64,000 nt of DNA. It comes from Enoplolaimus lenunculus (taxonomy: Eukaryota). The stretch covers positions 1-64,000 of the forward strand of contig JASANG010000245.1 of the NCBI GenBank assembly GCA_030248215.1, written 5' to 3'. Positions 50,501-63,271 of this stretch are shown here, in pieces. The notes below the pieces were generated by a model. It searched no databases. It was not told where the DNA came from and worked only from the letters and a program-made list of their open reading frames with translations. A program made the translations under genes and the position numbers. Each line of letters opens with the position of its first letter. The stretch's first letter is position 1.

Positions 50501-53500
50501 GCCACAAATACGCCTACTTAATGACATCTTGGTGATAAATATTGCAAGTTTTGGCCCATGTAAACATCAGTGGCGGAACTATTAAAGAATTGAATGACCC
50601 TGAGTTTCTGCATTCATATAGTTTTTAATGATTTAAGCCCTATTCACACGTGCAAGTCATTACTGTGAGAACTAGCAGCTGCACTTGCACTTACACAGTT
50701 TTGTCCAAAATCCCGTTCGAAAAACTTGCCGCTGCAAATAATTCAATAAAAATCATAGTTAGAAATTTTAGTTCACATGTGTGAATAACAATGCAAGTTT
50801 TCTGTATTAATTGCAGCCGATTTCTCATTGTCTGAAGAAAAAATACAAGTTCTGCGTGCAATTCGCAGCTGCAAGTTCTCGCAGAAAAATTTTGAACGTG
50901 TGAATAGGGCTGTAGTATCGAAGTAGTAAAACGTCACATAGCACAGTAAGTTCTGCACTAAAATTGAACATGAAACCAGAAGCATTTTAAAGTATGTCAC
51001 AGGAAACGTAGAACCGCAAACCCAACTGTGGGTGGTGTTTATTTCCAGCTGAGTCGGCAAGAAGTGTCATAGTGTCCTGGCAGGCGGATCTCAAATATAC
51101 CACACTCACTATATTTAATGTTCCATAACCTTAGAATTAACTGGAAATAGATGCTACATTCATTTGAGTATATATTTGGGACCCTTATTTCAACTTATAA
51201 GCTACGGTTCAACAAACCTTCGTTTTTTTGAACTGGTTTGAATTTTTTTCTTGAATATCTCGACAGCGTTGGATACTCAGCATTCGCCCATTGCCCGTCA
51301 TCAGTTCCAGCCGCCGTAGTAGTTGATGACCGCTGTGAAGACGTTTCCATTCGTGCAGTAGTGTTCGCACTTACCGCAGGCGTAATCCGCGTTGTGCCAA
51401 ACTTCCAATTTCCATCGTCCAAAAACGATGCGTTTTGATTCTCGACGTGACTGGTGCGTTTGTCTCGCGATCGTCGCCGGTGTCGTTGGCTTTCAACGCG
51501 TCGGTTTGATTTTTTAAATTTGTTTTGACTTTGTACTAAATAAATTTTTTTCAGGTCTGGCTTATTGTACGATGACGTCATTGGTCTACTGTGGTTGTTT
51601 GCGTGCTCGATTACAACTTGATGATGCTTGACGCTAGAATTGCTGTTATCAGTTGATTGTTGATTCGACGAAGACGTTTGTTGAGTCCATAGGTTTTTCA
51701 GTGATTTATTTATCGCGTGAAATGATGATTTATGAAATCGTGGTATCCAGTTGCCATGAATTGGCATATTTAGCGTTCCATGGCTTGTTTTAGGGCCAAG
51801 ATGGACGTTTCGCGGTAACGCGGTACTGTGTACCGCTTGGGAACATGGCTGATGATGACGCAGTGCAGCCGCAGCCGCCTGTGCATAGATACAGCAAGCG
51901 TGAGGCGTCGGATGGGTAACGGCCAGTCCGTACGGTATTGCAGGATTATTTTCGCAATGCTATAAATCGGTGCTAATCGTATTATCAATCATGGAAGCGT
52001 CAGAATGTAAAGAAACCGGTAAATAATCCACAGAAGTTGTATATTTTGCGAATTTTTACTTTATAAACCTTCCTATATAAATAATTACCTTATAACTGCA
52101 GCCAACTGAATATATCAAGCGTACTGTGAAAACTGGTGAATCAAATTGACTCTCGTCGAAATAGGCTCTACGGGACTACACAAACTGAGTCAAAGTCGAC
52201 TCCGCCAGTATCAAATTCCCGCCCTAACCGGTTAAAACAAAACCCGCCGAACTTTTAAAATACGTCTGGTTTCTCGCTCGCTTCGCTCTCGAGTTTGGGG
52301 CTTCCCACCTTAGAGTTTGGGGGGAGCCCCCACCGCTGCCTGCTCCGGCACTGGTTACGATATATAAACATCTAAAGAATACAAACAAAGGCAAGTTGTA
52401 CCTGTTGCTGACGTTGATTTGACTCAAACGATGACACGTTGACAGTATTGTACGGGGCGTACGGCAAACAGACCGGACAATGTTTACGTATCAGTCGAAC
52501 ACATGAAATTTGCATTTTATCGTTCATCAGAACGTGGAATATGAAAATAAACATACCCTGAAATAGAAAAAAAAATCACGGTAAAGCCTTTGTTGCGGTC
52601 CCAGCCGGAACTGTGTTTGGCCTTTCCTTTCTACAACGTTTTCGCCAAATTTTGTACGACCTCTAAAATTCTCGCATGCCATCCGACTCAAAACAAAATT
52701 TTTTTGTGGGACACAACGAGTTAAGTTGGCTCATACGAATATGCAAGTTTGCCAGTTTAAAAATTACAATTTGGTCAATTTTGACCAGGTATGCTATTCG
52801 CTGTCAAAAGCAATAACGGAATATGATATTTTGCTCATGGCACGTGTAGAGTAAAAACGCAATACGTTTTGATTAGCTTTGAAGCCAGTTTTTTTGGCTA
52901 ATGCAGAGCGTTTAGGTTATTGATAATTGGCAACCAAAATTAAACCTTTTCGTTTCGCCCCTGTTTTTAATCTCGAAGATGTGAAAACTGAAATGAGCTG
53001 GTAAAGTAGACCAGCAAATAACCGTCAAAACCAAGTCTGTGAAATGTAAACAGCTAATAAAATAGCTCAGGATCAGGACTGATACTGATTAAAGGTCAGC
53101 TTGGTAGTCGCAGAATTTCAGTTGCTATCGCTCTACTTGAAGGGTAAGCGAAAACGAATCTGTACATAAACAAACCTTTAACTCTAAAATTCATTTCAAT
53201 TTACACTGCAAAAAATGGTGAGTCAAATTGACTCTCTCCGAAATAGACTTTTCCTGACTACACAATCTGAGTCAAAATTTGACACCCGCCTGAGACAAAT
53301 TAGACTCATTTTCACTCTAGCGGAGTCCAATTTTGACTACGTTTGTGTAGTCAGGAAAAGCCTATTTCGGAGAGAGTCAATTTGACTCATCATTTTTTGC
53401 AGTGTACAGTTGAAAAACGTACTTGTAGTGCGTTAAGTATCGTGAAAATGTACGCCACGGCGACTGCAGCCGGTTTGATAAGCAGTACAAATCCGAAAGC

Positions 53501-56500
53501 CCACGTAATACCCAATAGACATAACAAAATTGATGAACCTTTTAGCCATCCTCTAGAATATAATTTGTTAAAAGGTGTAAATTCAAGCTTACGTTAAAAG
53601 TACGCATAATATTTAGCAATTAGCATGATTAATCTGAGCACTGTATCAGTCTTTACAAACGGATGCCAATGTATGGAACAGGGTCGTAATAGTAGTATAA
53701 GCGAGTTCTGGAGAATTCTTTACAAACGGTGGCCAATGTGTAGAACAGGGCCGTAACAGTAGTATAAGCGAGTTCTGGAGAATTCTTTACAAACGGCGGT
53801 AATGTATAGCACACGGTTGTAACAGTAGCATAAGCGAAATCCTAAGCCCAACCCTAAGCCTAAACAAAAACATAGCCAAAAAGCTCAAAATTTTCTCTAT
53901 TGCAATTCCGCGAAAAAACGGCCTGCACCTGATCTTTACATGGGCGCAAACGGCTAACAGTGCCACCAAGCTTAGCGTTGAAATAGCGAACAGAAATTGA
54001 ACACGTCGATTTTAAATTATTTGGGACATATTGGTTGGGTTTCTGAAATCTTACTTAAGTATTTACTTATAAATTTTCGACCAAAACCAAATAAAAGCCA
54101 AATGTCAGCCATTGTCATAACAAGAAACTAATAGCTTTGCTTTATATTGAAGAGGGACTAATAGTCTACAGTTTCCATTTGACCAAAGTTAGTATGCCTG
54201 AATGGTAAGTTTGTAATCTATCAAATTTACTCAACGACTTCAGTATTTACTTTACTTAGTACGCTCTTAGAAACGACAAAATGGCTAAGTAATTACTTAA
54301 CGCGTACTTAAGTACGGTTTTGGAAATCCAGCCATTATTGTATAATATTAACCATTGCAAAAAATTAAAAATCGTAATCATCAATTCGCCAGTATATATA
54401 TGTCGTAGTCCAAGGCGTAAATCAAACCAGGCGTTCAATTTGTTTCAACCAAAAACACTTACTTGACTCGAACGCGTTTTGTTTTTTCATGCGGTATATC
54501 TCTTGACATTACAATATTGTACGCAAGTAACAAAATGACCACATTGACCTGAAAATATGCAAAAAAGATTAGCTTTCCAAGATTAATGACTTTTGCTGTT
54601 TAAATACGTGAATATTTATAGGCAAACAGTATGCATTTTTATGTCATTTATACTTTAAGCATTTTAAACGATGGTTGCGTTTCTGAAACTCTACTTAATT
54701 ACGACTTCATAATTAAAAAACGTACTTAAGTTAACTAAACACTAAAGCCACGGCCAAATTTCATGTGTTACAGACAAGCCTAAGCCTAAGCCTAAGCCTA
54801 AGCCTTAGCCTAAGCCTAAGCCTAAGCCTAATCAGTTTGTGTTTTAACCATGGTGTAACTGAGATTGTAGACTGATCGAGCGTCTATAAACCACAATTGA
54901 GGCTTCCTGGCTGCGACACAGGTTCAATCTTGGCATTTATTTGTTTTTGTTCAGAAAGCTAAGCATTTACTTAAGTCGGAAACTTATAAGCAATTACTTA
55001 AGATAACTTAAGTAAATACTTAACGAAGATTTCGGAAACCCAGCTAATGGCTGATAAAAATTGCAGTAAAAACCATCTAACTGCCCCTTTGCGCTATTGC
55101 CGGATTCACAAAGTTTTCATGGCAATGAATTTATCGTAGCTTGCAAAAGCCGTACAAGAAAACGAAATTAAAGACCTTTCTGAAGGGTTGAAGCGAAGAC
55201 TGATTGGTCATCCAACGACAGACAAATTTATTTCGGCTAAAGACTAAATACAATCTACGGCAACCTCAAAAATAGAAACAGCTACGTTTAAGTAATAAAA
55301 ATGGCTTTCTCAAAACCGGAACCATGGCTATGCCAGTCTTATATATGGTCATCCACTTAAGTGAGTAACCTTTTTGTAATAAAAATTTCACTCGGCTCTT
55401 CAGGTTTTCAACCGAAATATAATTTTGCCACAATCGGAATAGAATTTTTTCTCATACGAACCGGAATCGAAACTGGAGTTTTTAGTTTTCAATGTTGTAT
55501 GGTTTTTATTTTTAGGGCTAAAAAGCTTACAATAACAAACAATTTTTTAAATTATAGTTGAATTTGCAAGCCATTTTCGTTGTTTTTATGGCGTTTAAGA
55601 AAGGTAAAATGTTATAAGTTTAACCGTGAAATATTAATTTTGATGACAAAACACACGTAACCGAAAATGTCGGAATACCGGCATCGAAATCGCATTTCGT
55701 CGAAATCGGAATCGGAGCCCAAGTCTTGTCGGCATTTCAACGAGAAACCGGAATTTTTCCGTGGGACTAGAAAAGCTTAGACTTGGGAATATGCTCATTC
55801 TTACGCTTAGGCTTTCGGCTTAGGATTAGGCTTAAGCTTAGAAATATGCTTATATTACTGGTCCGTCCCTGTTCTTTACATTGGTCATTTTTAAAAATAT
55901 TTACGTATCAAAGGTTCCTGTCGTTGAGCCCCCCTGCCCCCCTACAATATGATGACGGCGCAATGACCACAAACAGCAGATGTTCCACGACTTACAATTA
56001 TTACTATAGCAATTGGAATAATGAAACTCCAAATAGTGTATGACCTTGGCCTGATCCAGCAACTGCAAAATATGAACAGCAAATAACGCATAAAGCGACA
56101 ATCGTACTATATACACGAGGCAAAGTAGAAATCAAAAGTTAGTGAATGCACAAACATCTTCGTGCAGATTGTCTTTTTATAGAACAATCACGTTTATGTT
56201 TTAAGAATTCATTGTAAGCAAAGTAATGCTGTAAAGTTGCGCAAAATACGTGTGTGGGACGTTCCAGCTTTAATATATAAATGAAGTTTCAGAATCGTCT
56301 TTTGTTTTATAAGATTTCGCTTGGACAATTTTAATTTAACTTAATACTGGATGATGTCACTCTGTAATATTTTATAATACTTGCTGCCCAAAATACAGTC
56401 ACATTTTGTTTCGAAAAGTATTTCTAACTGGCATGGGTAACCGGATATTCATTTCATGTAATCATCAATGTCCGTTTCCGTTATAGAAATATCAGTTGTA

Positions 56501-59500
56501 AATATCGTATAAGTCACTCAGTTTTATTAGCAATATGCTGCAATAGTGAAAGAACGATGGTATTGATCCAAAATCTTAAAAATTTTGATTGCGTTCGCTG
56601 TTTTGGAAAAAAGAGTTCTTCAAATCTTTGCCCCATGTTACTTTTAGGGCCGTCCCGGTTTCTGTTGTGTCTTTAAATGAGTAGGCTTACATTCTAGACT
56701 ACATTTTTTGCTTCGGTTTAGGCTTAGGCGTAGGAATACGCTTTTACAACGCTTAGGCATAGGTTTAGGCTTAGAAATACGCTTAATCTACTGTTATTTT
56801 CCTAAAAGTAACATTGGCCAAAACTTTTATACATTTAATATTCTCATATTCTATTTCCGCTTCCGTTATTTTCATTACTATCCGTCTATGTTTTCGGTAT
56901 TATCTGGTCACACCCAGCTTAAACTATCAACGAACACTACCCATATAGTAGAAATAAAATGCTAGCAGCTTACTAGTCACTGGTGCCGTAGTCTTCAAGT
57001 CGCGTAGACATCATGATGCATACCAAAATTAACGGAAATCCTGACGTATAAACGATTACACTTCATTAGAATACATGTTAGGGTTGCGCTATGCTTTTGT
57101 TGACGTGCAGTGCCGTCCGTCACTCGTACGCTACTGTCCGGTGCCATCCGTCACCCATACGCTACTGTCCGGTGCCATCCGTCACCCGCACGGTACTGTC
57201 CGGTGCCATCCGTCACCCATACGCTACTGTCCGGTGCCATCCGTCACCCGCACGGTACTGTCCGGTGCCATCCGTCACCCGTACGCTACTGTCCGGTGCC
57301 ATCCGTCACCCGCACAGTACTGTCCGGTGCCATCCGTCACCCGTACGCTACTGTCCGGTGCCATCCGTCACCCGCACGGTACTGTCCGGTGCCATCCGTC
57401 ACCCGTACGCTACTGTCCGGTGCCATCCGTCACCCGTACGCTACTGTCCGGTGCCATCCGTCACCCGTACGCTACTGTCCGGTGCCATCCGTCACCCGCA
57501 CGGTACTGTCCGGTGCCATCCGTCACCCGCACGGTACTGTCCGGTGCCATCCGTCACCCGCACGGTACTGTCCGGTGCCATCCGTCACCCGCACGGTACT
57601 GTCCGGTGCCATCCGTCACCCGCACGGTACTGTCCGGTGCCATCCGTCACCCGCACGGTACTGTCCGGTGCCATCCGTCACCCGTACGCTACTGTCCGGT
57701 GCCATCCGTCACCCGTACGCTACTGTCCGGTGCCATCCGTCACCCGCACGGTACTGTCCGGTGCCATCCGTCACCCGCACGGTACTGTCCGGTGCCATCC
57801 GTCACCCGCACGGTACTGTCCGGTGCCATCCGTCACCCGCACGGTACTGTCCGGTGCCATCCGTCACCCGCACGGTACTGTCCGGTGCCATCCGTCACCG
57901 TGCAGCGCCGTTCGTCACCGTGAAGTATTTTACGCAAATAACTCACGTACAATAACGTATGGTGTCGGACGGTGATAGACGGCGCCGGACGTCAAGTATA
58001 GCGCAACCCTGGACTCTGTATATGAGAAAACAATGGTGTATTTTGATTGGTGAGAATTTTATATTCGCTAATTTAACTGTTGGGTTTCAGAATCCATGCT
58101 TAACTGAAAGTTGACCTGAAAAAGATCAAACGTCGCCGGCTCAGGATACTAATCTTGGTCCATTACATCTGCAAGTTGTTTTTGTTAGACATAACTCGAG
58201 TAAATACTTTACCCTTTCTCACATGAATATTTTCTATTTCCCCTGAGACCTACTTTTATTCTAGGATTCGCACGCAGAGCTAAAGACATTCCGAACAACC
58301 TTGAATATGGCTGACAAAAATTAACCAGGGTACACTATAAATTCCAATGAGTTAATTTATCAATTCAGACAGAAAGTTAGTTATTCTTTAATTAAGTTAA
58401 CAACAGAAACTTTACAGCTCACTCTGAGTTTAGTTGATTCTTACTCTGAGTTGAGTTCAAGTCAGACGGAAAGTTAGTTATTTTTGAATTAACAACAGAA
58501 AAGCTTACAGCTCACTCTGCGTTTCGCTGATTCTTACTCTAAGCTGAGTTGATACCGGGGAAGTTGATTAATTAAATCAGAAAGAGCGTGAATCAACTCA
58601 AAATTATGAGTTCTGACAGTTCAAAAACGCCGACTGAGTCATTCAATTGATTCTGAGTTAAAATCAACTCACTGCAATTTACAGTGTAAAAAGACGTTTT
58701 TACCGTACGAAACAAGATAATAGTATCGCAACTTTGGTTCATCGGTACGAAACACTTTGACCAGCATTAAATATATTTGATAGCCTTCTAGAAGCATCCA
58801 TAGAAACGACGCCAAAAAGAAATACTGCAACACTCCAGCGATTGCACGACATGCAGTCTATAAAAACAATCCCCCAGAGTTTGAGTCTACAAAGAACTTT
58901 CAAATTTTAGAATTGATTTTTTCTAAATGTGAACCGTTCAGCTAACTATAATCCTTTATGGCCCCTGTTAATCATATGGGGCCCAGCCCAGGTAATAAAT
59001 GAAAGCTTCAGTGTGTGCTGCACACTGAAACCACAAATGCTTAAGTGCGCTGCACACTGAAGCCAAAAATGCTTCAGTATGCAACGCGTTGAAGCCAAAA
59101 AAGCATCAGTGTCCATCACACTATCGGCTCGAACGTTCACCTGGTGTACGCATGATATTGTGGAATTCGCATTAAATACGTGTTGGCATAGAATTAGGAT
59201 TATATTTAGGCGTACGCTTAGGCTTATAGATTTAGTCAAGTCTTTTGCTTAGCAGAGGTCCATATGCTTAATTTTGGCCAAACTAATGTTAAGCCATCGA
59301 CTAAGTAGCGTCAAGCATTTAAATTCGCCGAAACACGATCACATATACCGGTAACCGGATGTATCGAGCGACATACGCGGTAAAGACAATCCTTAAATTA
59401 TGGTGGCTACTAAAAGTACTCAACCTTTGGGCGAACAAAATTGATTCCAAACGCAAAAACACCTTCAGCAATGAATAGACATATGCATAGATTTCTGTGA

Positions 59501-62496
59501 ATGGTCGTTCGAGTACTCCACTGAGACCTGAAATATTAATGCGGACAAAATTTGTCGAAAAGAAAATAAAACAACTCACAAAAAAGCCCTTTGGCCAATG
59601 GGCCAATGTAAAGAACAGGGGCGGAACAGTATTAAAAGCATATTCCTAAGCCTAAGCTAAGCCTAAGCGTAACAATGAGCATATTCCTAAGCCTAAGCCT
59701 AAGCCTAAGCCTAAGGCTAAGCGTAAGAATGAGCATATTCCTAAGCCTAAGCCTAAGCCTAAGCCTAAGCTTAAGCCTAAGCCTAAGCGTAAGAATGAGC
59801 ATATTCCTAAGCCTAAGCCTAAGCCTACGCCTAAGCCTAAGCCTAAGCCTAAGCGTAAGAATGAGCATATTCCTAAGCCTAAGCCTAAGCCTAAGCGTAA
59901 GAATGAGCATATTCCTAAGCCTAAGCCTAAGCCTAAGCCTAAGCCTAAGCCTAAGCCTTAGCCTAAGCCTAAGCCTAAGCCTAAGAATGAGCATATTCCT
60001 AAGCCCAACCATAAGCCTAAACCAAGCGAAAAAATTAGTCTAAAGCTTAAGCTTACACTATTCTAGTCCACAGAAAAACGTTCCGTCCCTGATCTTTACG
60101 TGGACCGGCCAATGTTGCTTTTTCGGCCGCCACTCAAGATCAAGGGTGCCCCAAAACACTACCATAGGCAATGAATTTAGTAAACAAAAACCCATAGCAG
60201 ACAGTCTGTCGGTAAGACCGGCAAAACGTCGGCTTTTATAGTTCAAGTCGGGTCAATATTGATTTGCATATTTCACATACAGTGTAACACCCCCAGATCT
60301 AATAATCTTCGAACCGGCGTATGCCAAATTTTGACCACAAATCCGTATGTGCGCTCATGCGCTACCAGCCCACTGCAAATGTAATGTGCAATACTTAGCA
60401 GCAGATATGTACAGGGTTGTACCCCTGCAAAATTTAGACCAGACAAAAAGCCTATAGATATACATTTAGCGTACGTCTCAATTGCTAATTTCAGCTTTTA
60501 GAATCGCTTTCTGCCTTCGGACAAAGTTGTTTAGGTTTAATGAATACGCTTCAAAATTTAGTTAGAGTTCACCTAAATATTGTGAAAGCAACAATGCAAA
60601 CCAAAAGGCACGACATCGAAATCGAACAGCCGCCAACGGATAACCAAGTAAGGATTACGTGATTGGTTGGATTATTCTGAAACGTTGAGAGAAAGTAAGT
60701 ATGACTTGGCGATCAAAAACGTTTCGGTCATAAAATATTTATACGTGTTTTCGTTCACTTACAAGCAAGGTTGAAAATTTTCTAATGGGAAAAAATTTTA
60801 CAGGGGGGTCCGCTACGCTAACGAGTAAAAATTTTCGTCGCGTGGAGCTGCAAAAAATGTGTCACTAGAAAGTGGCTTTAACTCTTTGCACGGGACGGCG
60901 CCTATATACCTCCGTATTGCGACCCTATTGGCCATAATAGGTTTCATGACGTTAATCAGGCGTTTTTTTAATTTTTATATACGCATTTAAAAAAGCCCCA
61001 TTCACACGTGCAACTTTTTGAAGCGATAGACTCGCAGCTGCAACTTGCACGAAACACTTTCAGCTGCAAGTGTTTTCAAAGGAACAATCCTATTGACCAA
61101 TCAAACTGCAAGTGCAAGACATTCAAGTGACTTGTAACTGCGGTCACAGTAGCGAATTGAAATAAAACTGCATAAATTCCAGTGAATAACTTGCAGGTGC
61201 AACGACTTCATAGCTGCTGTGTGACCAAACTTGCGCGTGCAAGTTGGAGTTTTTGCAGCAAAAACTTGCACGTGTGAATAAAGTTTAACGGTTTCAATAA
61301 AGCAGCTTAAGATGTTACAACCGCTAAACCGTAAAATTAATGGAAAATGATTTCAGTTGCGTCTGTTTGGTGTTACCATCAGCTGATCGTCAAGGTTTCC
61401 GGCAACGTCCATTAATACTGCAAAACTGGTCAAGTGGCTGCAAACACACGTGGTCGCCTTTAAATTCGTTTTTCTCACTTTGCAGCCACGAACATCCCAT
61501 GCGCTGAAACGTCGCTTTACCAGAATTACTTATTTCACTCACACGCTACCATACTTGGACACTGCACATCCATCGTTCCCCTATACTGTTTTAAAAAGGC
61601 TAGCTATACTGCTATTGGGTTACTGTATTTTCCGCCAAAATTTGAATTTTCAAGCAAAAATTTAAATTTTACCGTCAAAATTTAAATTTCCCGCCAAAAT
61701 TTGAATTTCATTACCGAAATTTGAATTTTCCATCCAAAATTTGATTATCCCGCCATAAGTAGAGTTCAACCCAAAATTTGAATTTCCACGATAAAATTTG
61801 AATTTCCCGCTAAGATTTGAATAAAACGGTGTCCCTAGTGTGTCCGTCACATAAAAATATTGTCCAATACAGTTTTTCAAACATTTCAATGTCCTAAAAT
61901 GTCGTACTGCAAACCAGTTTTGTCCAGATAAAGTTTACGCGAAACTTTATGATATCCGCGACTCGCTATAATACTACTGGAAAATATAGAGTTTAGATAA
62001 TACATAAACCGGACAAGCTATTGATGTTCTTTAGGGAGCAGCTGCAGGTATTTTCAAAGGAACGTCCCGATTACCCAATCACATTACAAGTGCAACAAAT
62101 TCAAGTGACTTGCAACTGCGTTCACATGTGCGAATTAAATTCAATAGCATGAACTCCACTGAATTATTTTGCAGCTGCAAGAACTTCAGAACTGCATTGT
62201 GAACAGAATTGCGCGTGCAAGTTACACGTGCAATTTTTTTTGCAGCAAAAGCTTGCACGTTTGAATATGGCGTCAATTCAGAAATGACTGAAAAGCCAAA
62301 TGACGTTTACTTGAACGAATAATTCCAAAATGCGCATCGCGGATTGAACGCGTCATCCGATACGATATGTGGCAACTCAATTGTTACTCGTTCGTTTTCG
62401 GGCAACTCAAAACTGTCTCCAAGTTGAATTCTATTCAGCGATTGCGGTTCGAATATTGTAGTTCCGATGATTTGGGAATTAACGATAGTTGCATCG
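47586..62496 (-). CDS. lat-2: Latrophilin-like adhesion GPCR (end of GAIN/GPS, 7TM, long C-tail); 5' part not found in the window
   Basis: Exons 62496-62311, 61503-61377, 60676-60573, 59527-59425, 58857-58704, 57040-56974, 56062-55996, 54548-54463, 53552-53423, 52557-52402, 51959-51218 and 48265-47586, with consistent phases. [32 protein letters not shown] motifs: [63 protein letters not shown]. The lat-2 rather than lat-1 assignment rests on recalled TM6-TM7 similarity and is less certain than the family call. Confidence 0.88.
48541..48967. mobile_element. hAT-like MITE, CAGGGTGCAACCGG family
   Basis: Perfect 8-bp TSD CCCTTTAG/CCCTTTAG; subterminal ACCGGA repeats. Confidence 0.9.
49050..49322 (+). 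mobile_element. MITE with CAAGAGTGTGCAACT TIR (single-unit form of the element expanded at 63067-64000)
   Basis: CAAGAGTGTGCAACT...AGTTGCACACTCTTG. Confidence 0.85.
50637..50910. mobile_element. MITE with GCCCTATTCACACG TIR (PIF/Harbinger-like); related copies at ~60996-61282, 62040-62271 and from 15443
   Basis: GCCCTATTCACACG...CGTGTGAATAGGGC, with internal GCAGCTGCAA motifs. Confidence 0.75.
57079..58011. mobile_element. hAT-like MITE inflated by an internal 31-bp minisatellite
   Basis: TAGGGTTGCGCTAT...ATAGCGCAACCCTG termini; no clean TSD. Confidence 0.75.
57112..57899. repeat. 31-bp GC-rich minisatellite, ~25 copies
   Basis: Unit CTGTCCGGTGCCATCCGTCACCCG(T/C)ACG(C/G)TA. Confidence 0.98.
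59601..60106 (+). mobile_element. Merlin-like MITE with expanded (TAAGCC)n telomeric cargo
   Basis: Perfect 8-bp TSD GGCCAATG at 59593-59600 and 60107-60114; TIR GGCCAATGTAAAGAACAGGGGCGGAAC. Confidence 0.9.
61629..61822. repeat. Degenerate ~19-bp tandem repeat
   Basis: TTCCCGCCAAAATTTGAAT-like units. Confidence 0.75.
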
Positions 62497-63271
62497 CTGA
62501 AAAACCCCAAGTTTAAACACTTTGGCTGGGTTTCTGAAATCTTACTGAAGTATTTACTTAAGTTTTGCTTATTAGTAATTACACAACCAAAGAAACACCA
62601 AATATCGGCTATTGCCATCACAAGGAACTAATAGTTTTGCTTTATATTAAACAGACATCATGAGTCTACAACCTCAATTAGACCAAGGTTAGTGTGCCTG
62701 AGCGGTTAATTTGTAGTATAACAAATTTAATCAGCGACTTAAGTATTTATACTTAACGGAAACCCAGCCTTTATCACGCAATGTACGTGCTGATAGTCAC
62801 GTTTTTAATACTGTAAATTTTGAATTCTAACTTAAATTCACAAAAATATTCAAATACGTACACTCTACGTGTAAAACAATGTTACAAGCACCCGTTGCAT
62901 TTAAATACCAAAGCTAGTCAAATGCCGACTCCGTCGGACCACGGGCAAAACAGTAGTATAAAACAACGAGGAATTTGTAATTTCTTAAAATAACAAAAAT
63001 TTATTGTTGAAAACTCGGAAAGCGCAAGGCAATTCATATCAGCACGAGTGAATAATCGCTATTTAACAAAAATGCGCAACTGGGCACATTCTGTGTAGAA
63101 AAGAATATACTCGGCACGCGTCGCGTTTTTTCCAACCTCCCTTTATTTAGGAGGGGCGCAACCGGTGCGAACCATGACACTTTATCTAGGCGGCGTTATA
63201 CATACTCCCGTTATAGTTTAATTTAGGGGTATCTTAGTGATAGCGCCCCAACCTCTAACATGGAGGAGTCG

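Noticed and set aside
57075..57975. Three overlapping 281-294 aa ORFs
   Set aside because: They are translations of a stop-free 31-bp minisatellite inside an intron.
59632..60043. LRLRLR and LSLSLS ORFs, or a true telomere
   Set aside because: They are translations of TTAGGC repeats bounded by TIRs and a TSD, and they are interstitial, inside an intron.
62900..62985. Next upstream exon of the adhesion GPCR
   Set aside because: The candidate donor gives phase 1, but exon 62496 needs phase 2.
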